From Gonapodya sp. JEL0774 (Eukaryota), in NCBI GenBank assembly GCA_027604505.1, contig JADIIX010000187.1:1-35330 (forward strand): a DNA stretch of 35,330 nt, written 5' to 3'. The position numbers and the translations under genes are program-made. The notes beneath the pieces were generated by a model. That model made no database searches and had not been told where the DNA came from. It was given only the letters and a program-made list of their open reading frames with translations. This document shows, one piece after another, positions 1-10,185 of the stretch. Positions within the stretch are counted from its first letter, which is position 1, and each line of letters opens with the position of its first letter.

Positions 1-323
1 ATTTTGAAAATGAAATGAACGAAATGGAACACGAAATAAAGTCAAAAGATGGGTGGCCGTTCGGTCATGGGTTACACGTCTTCGTCTGGTCCTGTGCACA
101 TTTTGTTCGAGATTCCCCTACTAATGTAATGTACAGTCTTCTACATTCACTTTTATGTAATACGAACTTTCTCCTATTTCGCGGGGGTCAAGTTTGTTGG
201 GAGAAAACGACAGTTCAAAATTAGAACACGAACAATAAAGAGGTGCGTGCTGCAGTAGTTTGACCACCACGACACGCTAACAACAGTCTCAAGTGGATGG
301 GGAATGTATAAAGCATTGATGGG

Positions 324-1420
324 ATGCTCTGGAGATTGGGTCGGCTTTTGAGAAGAGCGGTGCTTCCATCGGAGCTCCTTCGCCAAGGGCCTCGGCCGGC
401 TGTCGTCTTGCTTCTCTTTCTCTCTATCTCAGTGTTTGGGATAACCCTGGTGGCGATATACCTGTTTTGGTGGCAACCAGATTGGTTCGTCCGAAAACTC
501 GCAGAACACAACCGCGCTGTTCTGTGGCATCTACCACCCAATAAACCGGACGATACTTCTTCAGAGAAGTTGATAGCTCTTTCGATCGATGATGCGCCGA
601 CGCATCATTCTAGAGAACTCCTGCGATTGCTACGAGAATATGACTCGCATGCCACCTTCTTTGTAATTGGGTCTCACTTGGAGCGCTGGACTGAGGAGCA
701 AAACAGAGAATTAGGTATCTCTGGAGATGTAACCGAGGATAAGCACCCTGAACCGTACAGGGGGCTTCTCCGTCATTTGCGTAACCTAGGGCACGAAATG
801 GGTAACCACCTTTGGTATGACGAAGTGCGTTCCGTTTCGTTCCTCTCTTGCCTTTTTCTCGAACTGAACAGCGTTTGTCCGATTGGCGGCATTGCGGGCC
901 AGCCGTCGATCAAGCTTACCGCCGATCGTTTCCGCGAAGAGCTCATTAGGGTTGACAACATTCTGTTCGCACCTGCTCAAGTCACTCATCGTTGGTTTCG
1001 TCCGGGCTCTGGATGGTTTAATAAAGAGATGCTGGAAGTTGCAAGGGAACTTAGCTATACTTGCGTTCTAGGTTCGATATTTCCCCAGTGAGTTCGGCCA
1101 CTCGTTGTGACCTTCGCAAGAGAAAAGTGATAGCAAGAATTTCATTATCATAGTGACCCACAACTTCGCTCAGCCCGTTTGAATGCATTCCAAGTGCTCG
1201 CTCGGGCTCGAGACGGCGCCATTATAATCATGCACGACGGGCGTCCATGGACTGTGGAAACATTGGCCATTGTTCTTCCTGAACTCAAGAAAAGGGGCTT
1301 CAGGTAATTGTTATGTGAGCTTTACGCACGCCGAAAATTGACCTTGCATCTCATAGAATCGTCTCTGTTGGTGAGCTGTACGACAAGAGAGGAAATGAAA
1401 TGGGGCCAGTAATGAATTAG
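324..1420 (+). CDS. Polysaccharide/chitin deacetylase (carbohydrate esterase family 4, NodB domain) with N-terminal hydrophobic anchor; 4 exons (~324-825, 903-1088, 1154-1303, 1357-1420)
   Basis: CE4 motifs ALSIDDAP, ATFFVIG, GHEMGNHLW, WFRPGSG and, after splicing, GAIIIMHDG and LPELKKRGFRIVSVGEL; GT..AG introns keep the frame to TAG at 1418-1420. Confidence 0.88.
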
Positions 1421-1488
1421 TCAATTAGGGATGTGAATGTGTATGAATAACAAGGACTACTAAACAGAGGACGAACAAAGTAAGGCGA

Positions 1489-2858
1489 ATGACAGAGCAC
1501 GAAGATGGCACGCCAAGCATTGTGGAGGAGCATTTAAAGCGACCAATAACTCTTCGTGACCTCCAATTGTCGGATCCGTTCAATAGGACTCTCGCAGTTC
1601 CCCTGATTGTCCGCTCTAAGCGGAATACCAGCAAGGTGAACTTGTTACCATGAAAGGGAAATCTTTATTCGGTCAATTCATCACAGATCCTCCATGTTTT
1701 ATCCAGATATTGGCGCTGGGACGGTTCAGAGCACCAACGGATGATGTTCCCATCGGTTACCAAAGGTGAGGTATAAGTACTGAAAGAGTTAAGAGGCGAT
1801 GAGGTGTTCTAACATCGGGAATGAGTCGATACTAACGTTTCGTCTGCACTAGCTCGTTCCCATATTTCTCGTATCTTGAGTGAGACTTCCTTTCAGTATC
1901 ATTCATTCATAATCAGTACTCTGACGCACCTGCAATCCGAAAACTCAACAGCCCCATCGCCAAACGAGATGTGGAATACATTACAACATTTACACCCGAA
2001 TACTCGTACGAGGTTAAAGCAAACGATCCTGAAGGGCTTCATGACAGGGTTTACGTTGAACGCAGCGTCACTGGCGCATGGATTCGCTTATTGAGGGATA
2101 TAAACAACAAAATGGTGAGAGCACAGTGGCGGCTATCAAAGAAGACGATCAAAGCTCTGATTTGTCTTGTGGTTGCCCTCCGTGTACTGCTGGTCTCACA
2201 CAGGGGGAAGATGCCTCTGTGGCACCAAGACGTGCGAATCAGCCTTTCAAAGACTTCTGTGGGCTCAATAGCGTCTTAGTGTCCTCCATATTTGCGGAAA
2301 TGAAAAAGTCGGATTTTGGTTGGTTTCCGAGCATTATTGCAGAAGGAATTCTCGGTGGAGAAGGATACATACTACTGTTTTCTGTTTATAGGCGAGGACC
2401 CAGAGAGTATTGTCCCTCCCTCGAATGGGACACCTATTGATGACATCGTGGAGAATGTTGATTGGGTTGGAGTTATCTCCGGTTGGATCCCGAGAGAGAA
2501 TGGAAGCCAATCGAAGGCTAAACCGCGCATTCGGAAAAGAAAAGACCCAGAGATAGACAAAGAAGCAAATGATTTGGAACCAAATATCAAGGAGAGGAAA
2601 AAAGAGAAGAGAGCGGAGAAGAGCCGAAAAGTGGGTGACGTTGCTGGCGCTGTCGATTCTGGAAATCAGGATTCTAATCGGGACGGAGAAGCAACCGAAG
2701 AGACGAAACAACCATTCCGCATGCGGTTGATTAATCCTCTCGTGCGTCCCCGTTCTTGGGAGAAGGGTCCGCTCATGATTCAGACTGTTGGCGGTTCTGC
2801 CTTAGAATTGACAAGTTGGAGGGTTGCAGAAGCTCCAGATCCAATCGCATTGATTTAA
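1489..2858 (+). CDS. FYRN/FYRC-domain (TBRG1-like) chromatin-associated protein; about 6 exons, poorly shown by the ORF track
   Basis: Manual splicing gives ILALGRFRAPTDDVPIGYQSSFPYFSYLDP...VEYITTF...YEVKANDPE...SVTGAWIRLLRDIN...KDFCGLNSVLV. This fits the FYRN pattern (LG..PxGY.S..Y.S..dP) and the FYRC pattern (S.tgaW..il..I..FGL). The last exon joins ORF 2316-2858, which has a basic NLS-like stretch (KPRIRKRK). Confidence 0.62.
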
Positions 2859-2968
2859 CATTACATATCGAGGTTTGCGATTTGTTTGGTTCAAAAAACA
2901 ATATGCACAGGCCATGTCATACCCAATCTTGTGGCCTCCACACCTCAACCTAACCGAACTTTCAGCAT

Positions 2969-5900
2969 ATGTCGGGTACCTCTCGAACATACACTCAAGA
3001 TAGAGAAGACGATAGAGCGAGAGGTGTGAACTCAATCAATGAGGAGGGGATGGATATTGACGGTGGGGACAGTGAAGATGATGGCTTTGGTGAAGATCCG
3101 GCGGCAGAGAGACCATCTTTGAGCTCTCTTTTGGGAGACCAGAGAGGAACGCTTGGTGATGAAACGAGGCCCAGGGTGCGTGTGCGATTCCTGTGTGGAC
3201 GTTTTAGTCGCTTTGATAACCTAGGAGTTTCGCGGGAATCGGAACCATCGAAGGATTTGAGACCGATTCGGCTGGAAACAATAATTTCATTGTTGAATGC
3301 TATTCAAATGGATGTCAAATGTCTCAGGACGTTGTCTGGATATCAAGGGACCCCTTTTCTCGTTCGGATACCATGCTAATTTTCATAGCCACCATATCCA
3401 TAATGCGAACTTGAGTCCATCTCATCGTTTTACTCATCTTCTAGGCCGGCACTCTGGTCCTTCTTACATCTTCTGGCTTAGCAACGCGCACGCGCTTCCC
3501 ACTTCGGGAGGGTTACAATGTTGTTGGTCGGGAGCCTCCCGACGGGGAAGTCAAGCTGACGAGCCCTCATGTCACCTCGAAGCATGCGATAATTGGTAAG
3601 TCAAAGTTTCGTTTTCATACGGAGACAAGAACATAAGTGGTTCGTCTGAGGTTGCACATTATTTGCTAAGACTGTTGCCAAAGAAAGCTGCTGGGAGCTG
3701 ACTCTTGGATGGGAAGTAGGTGGTGGCTGACTAGCAAATTAGAGCGCTTGAGTGCAAAAGCAATTTCGTGCACTGGTCCAAAGAGTGATGGAAATTTCTT
3801 TTGTTGTTTTCCAGTTGTTCACTGACGGGCTTATTTATTCGTAGAAATAACCAAGGAGCGATTCCACTTTGTGCAAGACCTGAGCACCACCAATGGTACC
3901 TTTCTTTATCCCCTTTCGCTCTCAGATGGTCGTGGTGGAGCCAGACTGGGACCCGCTCGACAAGCGTCTGAGTTGTCTGTTGCTAGTCCATCTCAGCTTG
4001 ATGAGCACCGGGTTTTTGGCCAATCCCTACGCATTGCACCCTCAACGAGAACGCGCACAAATCGCTACCAGATCCCCGCTGGTGTTGTATTGCGATTCGC
4101 TGATGTTATGTGTCGGTTTGAGGTTGCTGCAGGCTGGAAAAGCAGACTCGACATGGAAATGGATGCTTGGCGAGAAATCGCAGCACCAAGGTTAAATTTT
4201 GATGGAGGGGATGATGACGGTACTTGCTTTGCCGGATCGTGAGAGTTTCCAAGACCTGCCTAATTCCTTTCCATTGACAGAACCGACACCGATTCGCGCA
4301 AGAATCCTGCATATCGAATCCCCAACGGAACTTGCTCAACAAGCTGAATTTCTTGTCAGTGACTCCCAGGAACTATTTTCCACTTCGGAACGTCGGGACA
4401 CCGTTCACATGACAGTTCAACGATCAGTTCAGCGTGCATTGATTGACACACTTCCCAATTCTAAACAACCCCCACAACCAAAGCAACCTCAGATTGAGGA
4501 TGAGGATGATGAGCCCAAGCCTGCATGGAGTCAGGATCTTGTGGATGAAGGTGACAATGGAACTGCAGCAGCTCTTCCACAAATATCAGAAGATGGTGCG
4601 CCTCACATCGAGCCCCGCGGACATGGAAAGCGTGGCTACCGTCGAGGCAGGGGTCGGTCACAGCGGTCACAGCGGTCACAGCAAAGCGTTGCCAATCCTG
4701 CTGCTCCCGCTGGGTCGGATACTGAGGCGGAGGGCGAAGAAGAGATCGCGGAGGCTAAGATAACCGAAGCAGGACAGGACGCCAGTAAACTTTTGAAACC
4801 TGCTCCATTAGTGCAAAGCCTGGAATCTGAACCTGCCCAACGCTCCACGCGCCGCAAAATGTCGAGATCACCCCCGCCAAATGTCGAGGGTGAGGGTGAC
4901 TCCGATACATCAGAGTCGATGCTTGCCCGTAGCCGACGTCGGCCGGACAAGAGGGCGAAGAGTGGAGATGCCAGTGTACCCATTCCTGCGGAGCTTGATA
5001 GCGTAAAAGAGCGGGACACCATACAAAGATCTTCGTTTTCTGGAATCAATAAAGACGCGGACGTTGCAACAAAGAAAACTTACGAACGAGGTAAGGTCAA
5101 AGGAAAGGGACGTGTTCCTCCAGAAATAGAGGAGACAGTCGATAATTCGGAAATCAAGCTGGAGCTGGAGCCTAAGGTTCGTCCAGAAGTCTCCGCGCAG
5201 GGTGGTGAAACGGCCAGCCGTGGGCGAGCGAGACGCAGTGTTGAATCTCAAACAAGAAAGCCCGAAAATGTCGATGGAACTCCGGGCGAAGACGAGCTAG
5301 AGTCTGCAGGAGTATTAGGAACTGTGGAATCCGAGAACTTGATAAGGACGAGAGTGGGATCAACGAAAGTGGCTGGTAGACGTGGACGGGCCATGGCAAC
5401 TGCCCCTAAGGAAGTGGACGTGAAAGAATCCGAGAATTCGGATGGAGAGCCCGCTGGGGCCAAGCGGAAGAGAGAACTGGCAGTGGACAGTGTGCTAGAA
5501 GTTGAAATGGGGGAGTCTACCACTTCAACAAAAGCGAAGTGAGTGAAAGGGGGAGCATCCTGCGGTCACACTGACTCAACTAGTTCTATTCGTTCTCTAG
5601 GAAAAAACCTAAGACGAGCGGAGTCGCGCAAACGGCGAAAGTGAAAGTTGTCTTCTCCGGATTGCCCAGTCCCGATGACAAGGAAGCCATAAAGGTGAGC
5701 ATTGGGTGTGTCCCTTTCGAATTTAAATGGAGGGAACATGTAAATCAATTGCGATCATGCCTAGCTTGTGCACTTCCTGAAGTTTGAGACTGTTGACACG
5801 GTGAAGAAGGCGACGCACCTCGTCACAGACATCAAGTTGAAGCGTACTGTAAAGTTTTTTTCGGCGTTATCTGAGGGTAAGCCCATCGTTTCAATAAGGT

Positions 5901-6644
5901 GGCTGCAAGAATGTAAAAGAAAGGGTGAAGTCGTCGGTGAGTTGTGTGATATTATACAGATTGCGTGCATGAAGTTTGTGGAACAGAAGACTGAACTTCC
6001 AGCCTCGTTACCGGGGCATTTTGCGGTATTTAGATACCGGACCTTTCATTCTCCAAGATGCGTCGTGTGAATCAAAATGGGGTTTCGAATTGACCAAATC
6101 CTTGGCCGTGGCATCAGAGAGGGAGGAAAAACTGCTGGTGGGCAGAGAGTTCTTCATAACTCCAAACGTCAAGCCTGGGGATGGAGACATAAATCAGATC
6201 GTGGAATGTGCTGGAGGAAAGGTGAGAAAGTCGAGAGATTCGCCATAACGTTGAGGGAGATTGCTTTCACGCTCACCCGCACCCCTCTCACTCAGGTATT
6301 GAAGACAATACCCACTAAGAACTTTGCGCCAGGAGTGGTGGTTCTGGGGTGTGAGGAGGATCTCGCACGGTGTGCAGAGCTTGCCGCCAAAGGCTATCCT
6401 GTTTACACCAATGAATTCGTGCTCACGGGGATCCTGCGACAAGAGGTTGATGAGAACGGGTGAGATTTATTTAGACTTGGCTGGGGGCGCTGGGGGCGAA
6501 GTGCTCCATTTCTGAGAAGTTGCGTTCCTGTTTTGCAGATTCAAACTCGACCTCGGGGATCATGAACTTCATGGAAGCTCTGAATCTAATGGTAACGGGA
6601 AGCACAAGAAGCAATCGCGACAACTACACAGGAAGTTGACATAA
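2969..6644 (+). CDS. MDC1/Mdb1-like DNA-damage checkpoint mediator: N-terminal FHA domain, long disordered linker, C-terminal tandem BRCT; about 9 exons
   Basis: FHA motifs GYNVVGR..SPHVTSKHAII (exon 3444-3595) and VQDLSTTNGTFL (exon from 3845). BRCT motifs VKVVFSG, ATHLVTDIKLKRTVKFFSAL..GKPIVSIRWL, FFITPNVKP..IVECAGGK and YTNEFVLTGILRQE. Stop TAA at 6642-6644. Confidence 0.8.
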
Positions 6645-6859
6645 AGGAGCTTGCACGTCCTACATTAGTGCACTCAAGTATTTGTAATTTTCAACGTACA
6701 AAATTGTTAAGCGGATGACGATGCGATGCTTTTTCTCTTAATATATCTGAGCAAACTGTCGCCAAACGCGAATACGTCTATACTGGTTATCCGCGTCCTG
6801 GGTATGATGCAAAGGAGACAGAATACCATTTGTCCACACCTATTCTTCGTGCAAAACTT

Positions 6860-8880
6860 TCACGACTTTCCAGTGGCTTTGGCACTACTCCTCGCCAACC
6901 ACTGCGCCAGCTCTTTGTCGTTGATGTCTGGTGATCCAGGAGGGGGAGGAGCTTCCTCCTTCTTCTTCGACTTGCTCGATTCGGCGGCTGCCACGACACG
7001 CTTCGCTCTTGGGCTATCGGTTGCACCCCTCACTGCAGCAGTTGTGGGGGCGGATCGTTCACTCTTCCTCGGCTCAAGGGTATCTGAAAGCATCTTCCCG
7101 ACCGCTCCCGGCGGCTTTGGGGACGGCACGCGATCTGGGGTTGGTGAAATTTCAGATTCAGTGCTCTCTGCCTTGATAGCGGTGTCGGACAATGGCGTGC
7201 CCTTGTCCTTGATCACTTCCTCCTCCTCGCCTTCCGCATACGCAAAGAGCGCGGAGAGCTCACCACGAACGACAGCAGTGCCCAACGCTGATAGGATGCA
7301 AGCGGGGCTCAGGTAGAGGAGCGCAGGCTAGTTTGGGAACATTTGTGAGAAAAAACTGGTCATCACGCAGTGTCCATTTGTTGAACCCACTGACCTGAGC
7401 CGCTTGGAACGTGTGCATGACTGTCACGGTCGTGATCAACCCAAAAACGTAACTGACGAGGCAAGCCGTGAAATACGGTTTGGGAAAGCTCCAAGGTCGC
7501 TGCGATCGAGACTTGGCACCCCCCTTGAGCTTGGCGGCGGATTTGAGAAAATTATGGTGGTCAAAGCGCAAGCAGAGGGCGATAAAAAGGCCTGGATCGG
7601 GTGCCGACGAGAATGTATCACTGGAGCGCCACGCCAAGTGGAAGGCACTTCCACTCAATCTGCCCACCTGGAATGACAATATCGCCAAGTCCAAGCATCG
7701 TGAAGGAAGTTTGTTCAGGCGTACCGATGAGACCCCATATACCGTGGTCGCGTACAAGTGCGAAAATGTCACGGGGCCAAACAACCTGTTTTCGAACCGA
7801 CCAGAAAAGACAAGGCGATCTCACATGACGATCAGTTTAGGAAAACATGTTTTCAGAGTACCTTGATCGGAACATCCAGGCCCTTTGCAACAGTGACCAT
7901 TACCGGCGTGAAAAACACCCAAAAAATGTCGTAAAAGAACAAGCCACTGAGCAAAATTATTCCGGTCCAGAATGAATCCAAGTTGAGCAGGGAGACAGCC
8001 GACGCAGAGAAGGCTTCCCCATACACGTTGGAAAGGAGCCACTGTTTGGACGTGACGTAGTGGGCAGTTAGAGCGGTAGAGAAGCCAAGAACAACGACAT
8101 GGTATATAGAAAAGCGGTAAGCAAGGATTTCTGTTCAGGTTCAAGGGGTTTGGTGGAGAGGTGGATGTTAGTTTGGTGAGTTACCAACCACTCAGAACGC
8201 GGACGATTAGGGAAAGAAAGAATACTTTCACCCCGTAGTTGCCACGATCCCACCTCCGTGGCACGCCAAAAACTGACTCAGTACTCTGCTGCCGAGTAGG
8301 ATTGTCGCAGACTATATTCCACAATAAAACAAAGACTCACCTTTCTCCTTCTTCCACATTTGCAAGCTGTAGTCTCCTCTGATGTCCCATCCAGTCAAGA
8401 AACGGGAAAAATCTAGCAGGGCCTTCGCGAGAGCGCCGACACCCAGCAGTCCAAAGTATCCGGTCAGTAGCATGTTGATATATTCCTTGTCCAAATACGT
8501 GAAGAGGAGATACATTCCAAGAAGCGTTGCGGAGCCGATAACTGGGAACCAATAAGCATCCTCGAGCCGGAAGAATTCGCTTTCATCATCCACATCATCA
8601 GGTGGACCTCCCTTGCCTTTGGACTTGCCTGTCTTCTTGGGCTAAGAATTAAAACCCAGGATATCAGAACACAAGAGATGGTCGATAGAGCGGTCACGCA
8701 AACTCTCGCAGAGTGAAGTAAGTACGCTACCTTTGGAAATTTCACACTTGCTCTGCTTCCCACGATGATAGGAACGACGGCCAGGAGCAAGAGAGCGCCA
8801 TAGGCATAAAAGATTGTGGATTCCACAGACTCCTGGCCGGAGGTTTCGCCTGCTCCGTTTGTAGCGTTTGGAGACCCCAT
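6860..8880 (-). CDS. Signal peptide peptidase (SPP/HM13-like, peptidase family A22B intramembrane aspartyl protease); 6 exons
   Basis: Catalytic motifs LFFYDIFWVF and MLGLGDIVIPG, the QPALLYL motif (split by an intron) and several hydrophobic segments. ATG at 8880 (MGSPNATN). Confidence 0.93.
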
Positions 8881-9012
8881 ATATTGTGTAATGGAGATGC
8901 CAGCACCTGCTGCTGTGTTGCTGCTTGGATTCACCGACCGCAGCTCCCGCTCTTAGTGCCAACTTCCCAAAACACAGCATCAAAGCTCGAATCGGAATCG
9001 TACGCGTTCAAA

Positions 9013-10128
9013 ATGACGAAGCCATATCTCCCAATCAAGATCTAGTGAGAGATCCTCGGATTTGTTCCTGTACTCTGCTTATTACAAACTATGAACAACC
9101 ACTCTACAGTGAGGTACCGAATCCCCGCCGGTTCTTGCGAGGAACTAAATTTTCTTTGCAAAAAAATTGACAATTCTACTGTATGATTGTGTCCCACAGC
9201 TTGCTGGAGCGGATCCTAATCGCCGGTTCTCACCTTATGTCTGGCAAGTTTTATTCTGTATGGCCCACAAGGGCTTGAAGTGGGAGGGAATCCCTTGGAG
9301 GTTAGTATTGTCGAGCCAACTTGGACCTGGAACTCAATGCGAACCTTACCGCCAAGGTCAGATTCACAGACCCAGTTGTAGAGCAAGTGTCCGGTCAAAA
9401 GCTCGTACCGGTTATCATGGACCCAAACCACGAAACCGTCGACGGAAAACCGACGGTAGTGTCCGATTCTTGGAAGGTGAGGGTCAATTCGGTGTCTGCC
9501 GTACTGCATTGAATTCCCCCCGTTTCTGAAGTCACCTATAAACCATCTTGTGATGATCCGTTTAGATTGTCGAGTATTTGGAGGAGAAATATCCGGAGCT
9601 TCCTTCAGTTTTTGTCGGCGGCAAAGACGGCCGGCCCCTTGCTTTTTTTTTTCGCCATTGGGTACTCTCCAACTTCGGCTCCATTGGCACAGCAATGGTA
9701 GCAAAGGACATTCACGACCATCTCCACGACAAGGACAAGGCCTACTTCCGTACTTCACGGGAGCAACGCCTCGGCCGATCGTTGGAAGAAGCTGTCGCCG
9801 AGCGTGACTCCTTGATCGAGCCATTTCGAGCGAGGCTTGGGCCAGTGCGAAGCACACTGGCTGCAGGAGCACCGTTCTTATCTGGGGTCAAACCGGGCTA
9901 CCCAGACTTTGTGCTCATGGGCCATTTTATGTGGATGAGAGGCACTTCTCCCTTTTTTGCAAGGCTGTTGGAAAAAGACGATTTGGTGGCGTTGTGGAGG
10001 GACCGGTATGTTGTTGTTGAACTACGTTGACAGGAACGCACATCAAATGTTTGAAACGTAATCATTTCCTGTCAAGCATGTTGGACTACTATGGCGGCCT
10101 CGGTCGCCGAGCTCCAGGTTACGATTGA
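9013..10128 (+). CDS. Glutathione S-transferase, beta-etherase (LigE)-like; exons 9013-9044, 9110-9113 (4 nt), 9200-9300, 9362-9477, 9566-10005, 10077-10128
   Basis: Spliced protein MTKPYLPIKIYELAGADPNRRFSPYVWQVLFCMAHKGL..IPWRFT..LVPVIMD..VSDSWKIVEYLEEKYP..PFLSGVKPGYPDFVLMGHFMW..WRDRMLDYYGGLGRRAPGYD*. It has the GST cis-Pro (VPV), the DSW motif and the LigE-type SPYVW motif. Confidence 0.88.
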
Positions 10129-10185
10129 TCTGATTACTTTCTTTATATCCAGAGTATACGCGATAATATAAAACACCAATGAAGC

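Noticed and set aside
6726..7316. Plus-strand 196-aa ORF (and similar shadow ORFs such as 15032-15859, 25975-26718, 9216-9872)
   Set aside because: They are antisense shadows of well-supported genes and carry no domain motifs.
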